A stretch of 59,119 nucleotides of DNA, the filler included, from Sphacelaria rigidula (Eukaryota): NCBI GenBank assembly GCA_964200075.2. It is 7 parts of 7 records of this genome, joined end to end, with 100 filler letters (N's around TTAATTAATTAA, not from the genome) between each part and the next. Parts side by side here need not be neighbours in the genome. Positions count along the whole stretch, not along the records: positions 8,462 to 16,821 come from CAXNAA020011394.1; positions 16,922 to 25,281 come from CAXNAA020011395.1; positions 25,382 to 33,741 come from CAXNAA020011396.1; 4 more parts are not named here. The stretch is one strand, 5' to 3'. Positions 12,201 to 25,782 of the stretch are shown here, in pieces. Each line of letters begins with the position of its first letter. Positions within the stretch are counted from its first letter, which is position 1. The notes beneath the pieces were generated by a model, which saw only the letters and a program-made list of their open reading frames with translations, made no database searches and had not been told where the DNA came from. A program made the position numbers and the translations under genes.

Positions 12201-14095
12201 TCTCAGGTCTGAGGTGTCTGATGATACTGGAGACACAGATAAGGTGCACAGATACAGAGCTCGACTCAAATCGAGTGAAGAATCTCAGAACGGTATAACA
12301 ATGTCGACAAAACCGTTACACGATGTGTCGAAGAAAGTAAAGAGTCTGTTCTTATGCACTCGCCTTCTGCGGCGGAATATACTATATACTACTGCAGTTG
12401 TTGTATAGCCGTTTCTTTTCGCGCATAATTCAAGAACAGTTGAGATAAATTTATTCAGGCGGGACTTTTTTTTGCAACGCTTTGTTTACAGACCATCCAG
12501 TGACGATATGAAAGGTATACGGTTGGTTGTGTTTTTGTATGTGTCGTGGGTCGATCGTAGATTGTAGATTTCCATTTTCCAGCAAGGTACGTACTGTATC
12601 AGGAAGGGGCGAATGATGGTACGTCTACTGCTACTACTGCTGCTACTGCTGCCTGCTACTGCTGCTGAACAATGTGATTAAGCGCGCGGAACAAGTTCTG
12701 TGGTGTCTTGATCAAGAATTATAAATTGAACGTATTTTATATAATGAAATATATAATAAAGATATAAAATGGATTCACTGGACATCATCGTGATCATACA
12801 CTGCATACTCATCATGTAGGCCCATACAACCGTCAGTATGGACGGATATCATGATGACACGAAAGCAAACTCAGGGCTACTGCTGGTGCTGATTCAGGGT
12901 GTTCTGTTCTTTCGTAAACCTCAAAACGCGCATACAACAGCACACCAGTCCACAGTCAGCAGTACAGAAGCCAGGTGGTATGGGACATGTTCTTGGATTA
13001 TTTCACAACACCCATGGTGCCCTGATTTTTGGCTGATGATGTATCGAGAGATACGGTATACTGTATATACTCGTAGAGCACAGTAGTAAAGTTGGTGTTG
13101 TCGATAGTAGCGAATCCCGGGCGGGACCGCGGCAGTTTGCCACGATCTGGGTGACTGTTGGATAGTGGTTGAAACTTCGCAGTTCGACAAACATATCCAT
13201 CCCTGGATGCTCGCTGATCAACGGACGGCGCAACACAGTCTCAATCACCGCCTCTGTGCTCTATGCTCATGGACATGCGAAAAAAATTCCGGACCCCCCT
13301 CGACCCACTCCTTTTTTCATTTTGGGTCCTTCCGGGTGGGGCGACTGGGGTGGTGTGTACTACAGACAGTATTAAATTGCTTGATAAAAATGGTCGATAC
13401 TACTTCCTATACGCGAAAGAGTCGCTTGATCTACGACTAGGAGCAAGTGAAACAAGTCACTTGATTTTAGAACTGCTGTGGCAAGTCGCTCGAACTGAGT
13501 AGAACTCAAGTAGGTTACTTCATATTAGACTACTATACTTGATCTCAAGGCAGGTAATTTGATCAAAGACTGGGAGAGGCGTGACTAGAACTAATCGATG
13601 GCCTAAGTTCCCTGTTCTTACATTTGTTGAACCAAGTCGCTTCATCTTATTGGACTAGCTGAGGCAACTTATTTCACGTGAATATACTCTAACCGAGTCA
13701 TATTTGATCTTGTACTTCGATCATGCGAAGTCTGGCATGGTTGGTGGGCCAAGTGACTTGAATTGAGAGCAGCTACTGCGGCCGGCTGCGGCCGGCTGCG
13801 GCGAACAAGACTGTTCGTTTTTTTAACCGTCCATCGCATAGTTCCATAGGCATCACGATCGAATGGATGGCCACAGTATGTTTGCACCTTGTTGTCACGT
13901 TATAACTGGCGGTACCAAGAAGAGCTGTCAGCGTGTCCATCTCATCAACAAAAAAAGCGATTTCGAGACCAAAAATATCAACTTTTTCAGAACCCTTTTT
14001 TTGCTCATTGAGCGAAGGGGGGGGGGCAGGGGGGAAGGGGGGAGGAAGTACCTTCAGGACTTAATTTATTTTCTTCTCACATGCTCCAAGGGTCC

Positions 14096-14282
14096 GTCGC
14101 CCCGGCATTTCAGTAGGAGAACCTCGAAACCCTCTGAGGGTTGGGCCGTGGGTTCGAATCTCGGTAAAGATACATGACCTGGGATTGTTCATCATATCCT
14201 GTATCATGTCCGACAATGGAGAGCGACTGTCCATGTCGTGGGTAAACAAAGTTCGACTTCACAATCAACGAGGGAAACAGAC
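14096..14282 (+). mobile_element. tRNA-derived SINE, 5' half
   Basis: GTCGCCCCGG head and B box GGTTCGAATCTC; homologous to the other two copies. Confidence 0.7.
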
Positions 14283-14567
14283 CGCCGAATCGTTTTCGCG
14301 AAGAAAATAAGAAAGGCGAGCACCGCAGAAAGAAGGCGGAATGCCAGAGAATTAACCGTTATTAACGGACCTTATGTTTCATACGAAGTACTTCTCAATC
14401 ATTTTTTTAATCATTTTCATTCGTGATTTGTTGATTGATTCAATTACAACAATCCAGCCCGTGGTCAGGAGCAGCAAACAAAGAGCAGAATAAGAAAGAA
14501 CGAAGGAAATTGACAGAAAAAGACAGAAGCAACAGCCACAGAAGGAAAGAAGAAAGGAAGCAGCGAC

Positions 14568-14596
14568 ACAACAACAACAACAACAACAACAACAGC

Positions 14597-14627
<31 letters not shown>

Positions 14628-14638
14628 TTAACAACAAA
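14568..14638. repeat. Compound (CAA)n(CAG)n microsatellite
   Basis: Seen directly. Confidence 0.95.
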
Positions 14639-14766
14639 CGTTCATACTTTTCATTTACATTTTAATCCACTTTGTACGGAAATGAAAAACGACGCCCGTT
14701 ATTAACGGCACTCCACCTTCAGAAGCGGTGCTCGTACGAAAATGGATGGTGAATTGATGTAAGGTG

Positions 14767-14846
14767 TGTTCAGGAAGCGAACAGTTTACCCATTGAACCA
14801 GTGAGCACTCACTGGTCCAGTGGGTAAACTGTTCGCTTCCTGAACA
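14767..14846. repeat. 80-bp near-perfect hairpin (39-bp arms)
   Basis: TGTTCAGGAAGCGAACAGTTTACCCA...TGGGTAAACTGTTCGCTTCCTGAACA, 2 mismatches. Confidence 0.9.
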
Positions 14847-15601
14847 AAAAATGTATGTGCTGTGTGGTCCGTATTCCTGAACAAGGTGTAGAATGACACA
14901 CACAAACACAAACACTTACTGCACATGCGCTTTTGGGTGTCGATAATACATGAGGTACAAAGATCTTTGCATGTTATGGTGCGAGTGAACCCAACCGACC
15001 GCCATGCGCCTGTAGCAAAGCCCCAAGATCCGGATTCATCATCATCATTTTATGTAATGTATTGATTTGGCCGCCGACATGCGACAGGGTAGCAACAGAA
15101 CAAGAAAGCACACCCCAAAAGAAGAGCCTGTCGCGTGCGTTGCAGTGGTGTATCTGCTGACGTAACTTTTTTTTGCACATCAAATAGGGGAGGCCTACAG
15201 ATCATGAGGCACGCCGTGGTGGTGTTAATGAATTTCGCATTTTTTTCAACGTGTCGTCAGAGACTACGATTCCGCGAGTAAACAAAAAATCGTTGAAGAA
15301 CAGTGGGGGTCCCGGCTGTGGGCCGCCAGCTCGATATGCTCGCACGACGCAGGGATCCCGCGCGCTAAGGTATACTTGTATTATCTAGCATGACGTAGTA
15401 GTAGTTGTTGTAGCCGATCACACTTGTCGCAATAAATAGTTCGACCGCACTGTGGTGGGACCCCGCAGTTCACCGTTGGAGGACGGAAGAGCCGAAATAT
15501 GTGTGTACATGATCGAGAAGACGAGTATATTGTATATTGCACCGCTTCTCGAAAGTCGGGGCAAATATCGGTACTCGTACATTGCGGCGAAAACAAAACG
15601 A

Positions 15602-16085
15602 GTTCTACGAGTATATGGGGCAGAAATCGAGCTCGGCAACACGAGTTTGTGCATCAGGGTGGATATACGAGTAGTAGATGTTTGCGCTACAGGTGAGCAG
15701 TGAGTTTCAAATTGAAACTCACTGCTCAGCTGTAGCGCAAACATCTACTACTACTCGTATATCCACCGAGTGATGCTATGGCAGGGGTGCACGAATATTT
15801 TCTGACGTTTAAACTGTTGGGGACCCTTTCTCTCACTCAATACACGATTTATGAAATACATGAGAGTACGCCAGGATTACTATTTTAATGTGCTGGGGAT
15901 GTCCCGAATGAGGTTGCAAACGGGGATGCCCTGACCCATATTCTTGTGCATCTAGAATCGTTAGGAGCCCCTGAACCAGACAAGATTTTGCGCAAAAAGT
16001 GCACCCCTATCGTAGTATTGCTCCACCCTGATGCACAAACTGGTGTTGTCGAGAGCTCGATTTCTGCCCCGTATACTCGTAGAAC
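15602..16085. mobile_element. MITE-like element with ~60-bp TIRs and internal hairpin (15658-15767)
   Basis: GTTCTACGAGTATATGGGGCAGAAATCGAGCTC... is inverted as ...GAGCTCGATTTCTGCCCCGTATACTCGTAGAAC; no clear TSD. Confidence 0.65.
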
Positions 16086-16821
16086 GTGTCGCTCAGGATT
16101 CTCTCTTCTTGGAGTTTTAGGGGTTTTGAGATAACGCCGATCCTAATAACCCTGACCCCATACCGCGGCATACCGAAACTCTCGGGTACAAGGCAGGTGC
16201 AGGGGGTGGGTACTGAAGGCAAGGTGTGCGTTGGCAGGTCTCAAATTAATTGGCGTCTGCAGCGACGATTTTGACAAGAACGTATTCTGAGCACGCCAGG
16301 GGTTCTGTCAGCTACCCTATAGATCCGAGTTTCGGTCTTAGATCTCAAACCAAGTAGGGTAATGGCATTCCGGGGCAGTTCTAACGAACTCTGCTGCAGC
16401 GCTGTCAGGTACGTCTGTGACCTTTCTCGTCATGATCAGGTATGCAGCGATCTCCTGATTGGCATGGCGCAACGAGACACGGCCCCGACTTCAGGCGTGT
16501 ATTTCGTGGCACAACGTGTACCTAATTGCGACCAAAAACCGAACAAAAACTCGTTGACAGCCACAAGCTCGCTCGGGCGTAGGGGTATGAGCGGCGGTGA
16601 AGCCGTTGGGTCACATGTTCCGCTCACGGCCGAGGCCAGGCCCCTTACCCGGACCTCTTGATCGCTCTACTAGCTACACTCAACAGCAGAAGTGTGCTGT
16701 GGCGGGGATCTGAAGAGAGGATATCTTATATTATATATATATATTACATTTTTTCCCTCACACTTTGAACCCCTCCCCTTCCTCGGGATGAGTCCGTGGT
16801 CTCACGGGATCAACCCATCTT

Positions 16822-16921
16822 NNNNNNNNNNNNNNNNNNNNNNNNNNNNNNNNNNNNNNNNNNNNTTAATTAATTAANNNNNNNNNNNNNNNNNNNNNNN
16901 NNNNNNNNNNNNNNNNNNNNN
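16822..16921. other. Artificial contig spacer
   Basis: N44-TTAATTAATTAA-N44. Confidence 0.98.
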
Positions 16922-17049
16922 TCTCCCCCCCCCTCCTCCGCGTTTCGGAAGGGATAGGTGGTAGAATGCCAAACAACTAAGGCAAGCAACGAATGACAAC
17001 CCCCCCCCCCCCCCCCTAAAAAAAATCACGTAGGGCCCCCAAAATTCTA

Positions 17050-20000
17050 TCTTCGGACTCCAAAGTTGTATGGCGTGTAGTAGTTGTCAACCGCAGCACG
17101 AAGGAATGCAGCCATGTTCCGAGAAATTGGTGTGGGTATGAATATTTTAATTACCCGACTCATCGATTCATCATCTTCAACGAAAAACTTCATCCTCAAT
17201 TTCGATGATCGGTTGTTATCGATCCCAAAGATTCGTGGTGATTTGCCAGCTGTAGGGAACGCTATGAACGCCATCTCACGACTGGAGTCGATGCGCGTGC
17301 GGTGGTCGTGTTGCACAGTATTCCAAAAGGTTCACTGCAAGGCCATGGTTTTCGCCTGTTTTGTGTATTATTACTCGTTTCATTAGTATTAGCATTTATC
17401 TCCAGGTACAACCCGCGATTGGCCCGACAGCGTCGGCGGACTACCCGCCGTAGACGTGTACACCCAAGGGCGCACCGCACCAAGCACTGCACAACGTTTC
17501 ATGAGCCCAACGCATGGGTAAAAACTTCCTTCATCGAAAGACAACCGCCAGGGTTACATCTAGACCTCCGCAACTCATTTGCATGAAACATGTCTGCAAC
17601 TCTCTCGACAGGTTCAATCAAAACGCGAAGTTATCGCCGTGGTCTTCATCAGCTTTCGATGCCGAATCCTCCCTCTCCGAGCCGCTGCACTCGGAATCTG
17701 TATCTCCGATCCAGATCCCGGCTGAATACCTCAACCCGCCCTCTCGCAACCATGCATGCCGCCGCTGCGCCCCTCTCATCCACGCCGCGTATATCAGCTA
17801 GACGGTCGATGGCGGCCTTCGAGTCAGACCACTCCTTCGCGGTGCCCAGTTGTATGAAAAATTACTTGAACACCTGCGGCTTCCCCTGCATCACCGGTAT
17901 CGCCTAGTGAGGGGAATTTGAGCATGAGACCAAACGAGGGCGGATGACACGGGGTATACACTCCGTTAGGCATTTATTTGCACTCACACCTTCAATCGAT
18001 GCCATTTTGCGAGGTGGGCACGTCGTCTCGTGGGAACACCGAAGACCTCCCGCTGCGCGCGACTATCAATCTTACATCTCAAATGGGAGAAGCACTCCCT
18101 CATCCTCTGAAATGTTCCCAGAGGCTATTCTTCTCCTACTCACTTATTCGTGCTTTTTTTACGATGGGCACCCAGTATCGGACAGAAAAACACAAGCGGC
18201 GTCTCTGGGAATTTCGAAGTCGCAGCTTGCCAAATCACTTGGCACGAGTATATCCAGTTGGATTACCCGGGTGCGGCGCCCAAGTGCAAACAATCTCAAG
18301 TTCATGTGAGCTCAACTCCAATGTCGAAGTATTCTCATGCCAGACGCAACGCTGCGCCGCATGCACAGGCGCGTAATCTTGGCATGTTTCGATACATGTA
18401 TCCCGACCAAAATTGGAAAAGACTTCGAAAAATTCGCGTACACGTTCAGACAAGGAGTCCCCAAATGTTGACAAGTCTGTTCACCTGTCTGAGTTCGATC
18501 TCCAAGCACGTGTCGATGTGGCCACCTTCACCTACGATCCTTGGCACTGCGTAACGGAATGCTGCATCGTCGAAGCCGGAGAGGTAACGCTCCAATTGCT
18601 CGCCGTCCCTGTGCCAGAGGGGTCCTGTCGTGATATCTGCCGCCACCAGCTCACCTTGCCGGCGGGGCGCGTACATGAGTGACATATGCCCAGGCACATT
18701 TTCCATGGCCACGCAAGTGGCCGCCATAGTACTCACATGTGCGCCGCTCCCCGTAACACTCGTCGTCCTCCGAAAACCGAAGTTGTTCCAAGGAATCGCA
18801 GCAGCTCTCAATGCAAGGGCCATGAGATGGTTGCCCAACCTCCACTTCACGTGGAATTGCTCCCGCTTGTATCGCATCAACTCTGTCTTGCAGAATCCGT
18901 GGGCGGCAATGTAGTCGATGATAGCTGTGGGTGTGTCGTGCGTTTTGCACATCTGTGGTTGACGAGAGTCATGCATTGCTCTAAACCCCCGGCCTAGAAC
19001 AGTCCTGACGAGATTTTTGCGCGATCATGTACAGCCTCCCAATCTGCTTCTCCCTCTTCCTCATCTTCTTGCGCACTGCCTTTTCTCGCGGCGTCAGTCC
19101 ATGTGTTCTTTCGCTTGGGCGGGACATCGCCGATTCCCGTTGAACTACATCCCCGTGTTGCCGTTGTGACGTACCACCAGCAGACCTGTTCGCGGTGCCC
19201 ACCAAACCCGCCGCGGCGGCGCGAGGCGCATGAACAGAATCCCCTCGCCCACCACTCCTTGCGTTGTCCACGGTGGGAAAAAGCAAGTCCGGATCATCAC
19301 TCGACATATTCAAGGCACAGACTGCTTAGCAATGCCAACAGTGCCGGCGGCGTATCATCCGCCAGAAATTGATTCACGGGTCAAATACTCCTCGATAGGT
19401 CGGCGGTGTATATCTGGTCCCTGTCTCACAATACCTTCCTCAGTTCTTGTGCACTTTCGATGTCCATCCTGACGATAAACCCAGCCGCTATGATCATGGC
19501 CCGGTTCTCCTCCGCCGAACCGGCAGCTGTCACGCGCTGGAGTGCGGGTTGAAGAGGCTGACCACTCTCGATCTGGGCGGTGAGGCGAGAGACGGAACGC
19601 TCCAGTTCTCGTACCCTGACACGCATGTTGCAAAGCTCAACGTCGACCGCCATGCCTACCTCGGACGCCACCACGTGAGGAACGAGATGGATAAACTTGC
19701 GCCGCCCATGACATACATCCCCTTCGACCCCGCTTATGTTCTCAAGCTTGGCGCCGACTGCGTCGCCCGCCGCCACCGCGTCGAAAATTCCCACCGCTTG
19801 CTCCCTGGTGCGCTTGTCTAGAACAGCCCGAGCGTTTGCTGCGGTTCTGGCTTCCGTCAGCCAGGATTGAACATCCTCCAGCCCCACTACGCATCCCGCC
19901 TCAACGGCCGCAATTACATTATGGTATGCTCCTGCAACTAAGTCCGACGCGGCAGGGGTAGGGAGGGAAAGTTGAACCAACAGTCGGAGGTGTGCAGCAA

Positions 20001-21830
20001 ACCGGAGGGAGGGACTTTGCCTTCCGTCCATCACTCGTAATCCTGTGTCGCTCGAGTGAGCGCCACAAATGATCATGCCGGCTGCATAAGTAATCTGAAC
20101 TCGCTTGATAGCTTTGCACAAGCGCAGCTGGGCGTACACGATCACCATCCACACACGACTCCAGAAATAGCCGAGCCTCCGGAATTCGTGCCGCGCCAAG
20201 ATATCGCCAGGCATTGCTTCGCCGGGCCCTGGTCGATGGCAGGCGAAGCACAGTCGCAATACGGGGTCGTGTATTCGACCGCAAGAGGAGCACGTGTTGC
20301 ATGCGTCGTCGACGACGGGGAACTGGATGCCACACACATTGCGACTGCAAACCCGCTCAAGTCCTTTACCCCCCTCATAGTACTAACCGGGGTAGACCCT
20401 GCCGGCGCAAAATGCACCCTCCTGCAAGCTACGCGGGGATCTTAAGAACTACTGCGTCGCGTCGGCCACCCTCCCTCTTTCACCGCACGCGCGCGCGATG
20501 TTCACCATGATCAGTGTCGGGGGGTGGTTTCCGGCGGTCGGGATGCCTCATAAGCTCGGTGGCAACCCCGTTCGTAGGCGCCGCCGCTACCTGCTCTTGT
20601 TCCGAAGCCGCCAACGATGAACTGTTGACACCTTCAACTCGACACCGGTCGACCCCAGGGGCGGCAGCATATGTACCCTTCTTTTTGCGCTTCGATTTTG
20701 ACGCCGACGCGCCTGAAGGAGTTAGTTGCGAGGTGCATGGTCAGCCTGGTCGCTTGTTTCGATGTCCCGGCTCCTGCGTTGTGTGTGTGTCGTCATCCCC
20801 TCTATTCTGGATACCAGCCTACATCTTTCGGTATATGTGAGTGCACCAGCCGGGGTCACACAGGAGAAGGGCAATGCAGGAGTTTTTCCTTTACATTTGT
20901 TTTAGTACTCCTTCCTTCCGCGGTGCTTGCCTTTTTTTTTCCGTGAGAGGGGCTCCAGTCCCTTCCCTCTTCGACCGTGAAGTCGAATTTTGTGTACCCA
21001 CGACATGGTTGCTCTCCACTGTCAGGCATTGTGTGAGAAAAAACCCAGATCGTGTGACTGCACCGAGATTCGAGCCCACAACCCAACCGTCAGAAGGTGT
21101 CGAGGTTACCCAACTGAGCCACCGGGGCGACAGGTGGGGTGTATCGGGATGCAGATGTCGGCGCTTCCTCGGGAGAGTGTCTTGCCAGCAGCTGATCTTC
21201 CTTCACCCCGTTTCTGTGCTGCAACGCAGCCTTCTGTTGTTCATGCCACGCTCCCCATGCGCTGTCACCCTCCGGGTGATTCGTCGCGGTCCTCTTCCGT
21301 CTCGATGTACGTATGTGAGCATGCGAAGGTGTGCCTCTGCCGGAGTTGGGCGAGGTACGTATTTCCTTAGCCTTGGCTGACGGAGTTGAATTCTGTACCT
21401 TCATGACTCCACCACCGGCAGCTCTCCCGCTTTCGCGGGGAGTGGTAACCACTTCCTTGAGAGGCACTGTCGGGGGATTCCATGGTGACACCTCTCGTGT
21501 AGTGTTTTCCGATGCCGAAGTAATAGAGATTTCACAAGTCTCGCCCTCCCCGCTCGATCGAAACTGAAAGTTGTTACGTTCTGCGCTCGGACGGTTGTTG
21601 CATCCCTACAACCCCTGCTTTTGTACAGATGCGCCATCAGTAGACGCGATGGACGCCTCCGACGCACTGAACATTACGGTCGCCGTATCTTTTTCGTACG
21701 AAGAGGTGCTCAGCCATTTTTGCTGTTTGACCCCTTCGCCGGCGCGACCCTCGGCGATGTCCCTCAGATTTTCCATCGGCGCTGTACCTTCGGAGTGTGC
21801 GCGAGTGGAGATCTGCTTTTAACCGCGGGT
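17050..21830 (-). pseudogene. Large decayed ORF, probable DNA-transposon transposase (CMC/Chapaev-like or DUF6589-like) with Cys-rich zinc-ribbon segment and low-complexity N-terminus
   Basis: Collinear minus-strand ORF pieces (19426-20337, 18981-19313, 18446-18976) broken by stops and frameshifts. Motif order CSSC/CFAC, FLADDTPPALLALLSSLC, LYMIAQ, AIIDYIAAHGFC, WNNFGFRRTTSVTGSGAHVSTMA recalls SIAQD...LNRLGHC...WDNxD..EETxSGxGTxH transposases (from memory). Ends approximate. Confidence 0.5.
20780..21131 (-). mobile_element. tRNA-derived SINE inserted in the transposase pseudogene region
   Basis: Minus-strand head GTCGCCCCGGTGGCTCAGTTGG (A box) ... GGCTCGAATCTC (B box); (CA)n tail. Confidence 0.8.
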
Positions 21831-22651
21831 GTGGCATGTGTCAGGCGGGATGGCGGCGGCAGTGGTGCAGGCACTTCATTACCTATCCGGAAAAGACGGG
21901 AAAACGATGATAGACACAACGTGTTCGCCATGCGGTCTAGTTTTTCATATTATAAACGGTCGGGTGTTGTTGTTAAAAGATGAAATCCCGAAATGTAGGC
22001 ATCCTCAATTTCGTTCGAAACTCACAATCATCAGCGAGAACAAGGGAAAAGCAGTCGGATGCGCGGGATCTTCAGCACTTCTACTTCGTGCGGCATTAGT
22101 GCACGAGGAATGTTGTGATGCTCTTACCTCGAGACCGATTGCGGTGCCATATCTCGCGTTCGGTCTGCCCCGGCCGGCGTCTCGGAAGTGCTCCAGACGT
22201 TGCACCCCAACTGTGAGTCGTGGTAGTCCTCCACTTATGACGGTTAGCGAATGTGCCGGGGAGTGGATGCGTGTAGGAGTGAACGCCAATGCGTCTAATC
22301 ACAGGTGTCTTCAATCGTGCGGTTATCATCCTGTGCTGTCGTCCAACGATAACGGAGTTTTGGTTGCCGTTCCATCTAATCTCATGGTCGCTGTATGCGA
22401 TCGTCGTACTGTCATTCCGTTCAACTTCACAACTCGAAATTTACGTCGATGTACCCTTGGATTATCTCGCTCCACGTTGGGGGTCGTTAGAACCCGGATG
22501 CATGTCCCTGACATGCGATCGTTGCGCAATAGAAGACAACAGGTGTGATTAATACCTTCGTTCATGGAGTACGTAACCCGCAGGATTACACATAACCCAC
22601 GGCCTCATGTTGCGCATCGTGAATCCTGATGACTTTGACATGACCGTCATA

Positions 22652-23246
22652 CTTCCTCTGTCCCATAAGTAAAGTCCATTATGGGGGATAGGCTGTACCT
22701 CGCCAACGGAGGTGCTCACGATGTTATGGTAAAGTTCGTTAAAAATATATAGTTGTGGAGATGGCCACTGGAATAAACAAAAATAAGACAGTCGACCTAC
22801 AACCTTAAAATCGTTGGCTCAAACGTGACCAAATTTCGACCAAATGCTGTCCAACCTGTACATTTTCGGCCGAATTTCGACGAATTTGGTTTGTTTAAAG
22901 GCTGAAATGTAAAGGAGTGGTTTCGGACTGGGCGTAACTATCGTATGCCAGCGATGAACCAGAGGAAGAGAGCCAGTCATGCTTTTTTCGCGATTGTTGC
23001 CGTTTTTCGGGTATTCAGGGTTTTCCCCTGTGTTCAAGAAAAGGGGTGAAATATGGACATTTTGGGGCCGACTGATCCTTTATCGGCCGTTCGCGCACGC
23101 TGGCTGCTGCGCAAACAGAAGAAAAAAAAAGACGTGATTCGACTTGAAAAACTCGTGAAGATTTCCGCAAAAATATCGCCTACGGCATTGGACACGGTCA
23201 AGAGTCCGTGTGATCATAACGGACTTCACCTATGGGATAGAGGAAG
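22652..23246. mobile_element. Tc1/mariner (Stowaway-like) MITE with the same TIR as 4528-5074 but a different interior
   Basis: TA|CTTCCTCTGTCCCATAAGTAAAGTCCATTATG...CATAACGGACTTCACCTATGGGATAGAGGAAG|TG. Confidence 0.75.
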
Positions 23247-25281
23247 TGTACAATGTACTGTATATGGTTTCTTCTCGCAGTCGGCGCTGTCCATACCCGA
23301 GCACTACACTTCACAGACTGTACAACACTCTGTGCTGCACTGCACTTCACTTCACTGAAGGAAGTTATGCTGTTCTGTTCTACACTGGGGTGCACGGAAT
23401 TGTGCTGCACGGGCTTGTACTGTAAAGCATTTTCGAGGAAATCAGCGTCGGCGGGATCACCCCGTGCTATTTCAGCAGTATCGGAGACATCAAACACGGG
23501 GTTTGATGACTTGCAGGTCAAGGTATTATTGAGGATGGGTCGTGGGAACCTGCACAACAATCACAGGAATTATCGACGAAGTGCTGATGCACGCTCCGGT
23601 CGCGACATGGCGCTATTTTGATGTTGAAAAGTAAAGCAGCATCCGCTATTTCGAAATTCCCCTCCCACTCGGAGGTTATGAACGTCGGTGTGGAGATTCC
23701 TGTCGGGAAATGAACGGATGTCGACATGAATCGGAATTACAACAGGTATCTCAAACTCGAGGTTCGTGGTACATGCCACAGTAACTTACAGTCAAATATC
23801 CGGGGAATCTCGAGTTCGAGATACCTCTAGATCGGGGGTTCACACATTCCTGGTCGCTCTTTTCAAATAGTTGACGCCACGCACGACGGTCGGAGAATGC
23901 ATTTTCATTTGTCCTGTAGAAGGTCTCGGTGCCTGCGGGAGAGGGTAGGACACTGAACTGCCCGCGACTCAATGCCAGCGGATCGTGTTGCCCAGTGAGA
24001 ATCCTCAGTACCAATCGCCCAAGTGACACTGCGCCGATAAGCGCGGCACGTGCTGTAAGCGTGTTCGCAACGGCAGTCATGGTACGAAATCACACGCGCG
24101 CGCTGTGTACCCTCAACACGTGCAAAGCTGTAAGATACGCTGCGGACGGTACGTGGAGCCGTGGCACGAAACACTACAGAGTCCTGTGAACAATTATGCG
24201 GCGAAGTAGCAGTACTTCAGATTCCACACTGCCCTGTCTGCAAGCGCCTGCGTTATGACTTTGACAATTATGTGCCTTACATGCACCCCCGGGCCCTCCC
24301 ACTGTAGAGTATGCGTTTTGTGTTGTGACAGAGACATGATTCTGAATCGAAAGAGTGACATTGTCCAACTCAGTCCACCTGGGGGGGGGTGGCTGCCTAG
24401 GTGTCAAGGTTAGGGTTAGAGTTAGAGTTATTCGAAATCATACATTTCCGAGAAAGTTCCACAATAACCAAGTGGTTAACTAAGCTCGTGCGGTATGTCT
24501 CCACTGGAGACAACGGCGAGAAACAGTCAGCGTGCCATGGCTCTTCACTGAACACAAGTTTCTGCATGCTGCTGGTGCCTCCGCTCAGTGTTCCACAACA
24601 GCACTACAGTGTGAAGCCCTGCTGGCAACACACGAGGCGCCAGACAGGCGGCACACACCACGAGCAGAGTACAAAACATGTTTCTTGTGCCCATGTTATC
24701 TATGGTTGAATCGTCATGATCAACATGAGAAATACCTCTAGGCAGCAAAGTAGTCCACCTGTAGGGGAACTACGTGCTCATTTTGACGGCCGTAAGTGGT
24801 CAGAATGGTCGTTCCGCGCCTCTCGGGCCTCGTTCCTGGCTTCGAATCTCCCGCAGAAAACTTTCAAACACGCATGGTTGACTTGGTGAGCTTCCCGGCA
24901 GCTCTGCGGACACCCCCCCCCCCCCCGCCCACTGGAATCCCCCGGATGTCTCTGGACTGTCAGTCTGTGAAACTGTACCGAGGCGACGCCCGCTGTCTAA
25001 GAGTTAAGTGTCGAAACCGGTGTGTTGATTAAGTTCGAGATTTGTGAGAACAGGGAGACGGGTGGGGCGACTATCAGCGGGCCACAGCATCTCGAATCGT
25101 TGTTCTCTGAGTTTTTTTTTCTCGTCTGAGGTTTTGCAGCCTGACATGTGGCCAGCACCAGCGACATTAAATCAGGCCATTGCGGCGGGCAGAAAGGGAA
25201 AACGCAAGGGTAATGGGAGAGAGTAGCACCCCCCCCCCCCCAGCGGTCTACCGCTCGACAGGAGCCTATCCAACCCCCTTC

Positions 25282-25381
25282 NNNNNNNNNNNNNNNNNNN
25301 NNNNNNNNNNNNNNNNNNNNNNNNNTTAATTAATTAANNNNNNNNNNNNNNNNNNNNNNNNNNNNNNNNNNNNNNNNNNNN
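25282..25381. other. Artificial contig spacer
   Basis: N44-TTAATTAATTAA-N44. Confidence 0.98.
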
Positions 25382-25782
25382 CCGTGTTGTTTTTCTCACA
25401 ATGTGTAGCGTTAAGGTCATAGTGATTTTGCCCCCGCTCCGCGGGGGGGGGGGGGGGCATGCTCATTTGTTGCTTGCCTTAGTCGTTTGACCCCCGGGGG
25501 GGGGAAGCGTACTCATTTTTCACTTTGTTGCTTGCCTTAGTCGTTTGACCATCGACTACGCATCCCTTTTGAGACGGAGCACCGTTCCTACTCCTGATAG
25601 AGACACCTCCAACATTTCGATGCTCATCACGTTTCTTCCATGCCGTACACAAAAACCTTTCACATATCTTATCCCCGTCCTGTTTCGCCGTCTGTGGCCA
25701 CCATCTACCTCATAGTATTAGATCGGAATTTTTGTTCTCCGCCGCACGTTTTAGGATGCTTTTTGTAGTAAATAAGATATAC

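Noticed and set aside
9929-12298. ORFs of 130-176 aa in contig 2
   Set aside because: No recognisable motifs or splice structure; overlapping ORFs on both strands are consistent with chance.
13400-13770. Region rich in CAAGT/ACTTG motifs
   Set aside because: Probably a decayed MITE interior, but termini could not be defined.
14435-14665. Poly-Asn/Ser and poly-Leu ORFs
   Set aside because: Translations of the CAA/CAG microsatellite.
21829-24200. 239-aa ORF and nearby minus-strand ORFs
   Set aside because: No motif I can assign; may be decayed coding sequence but unsupported.
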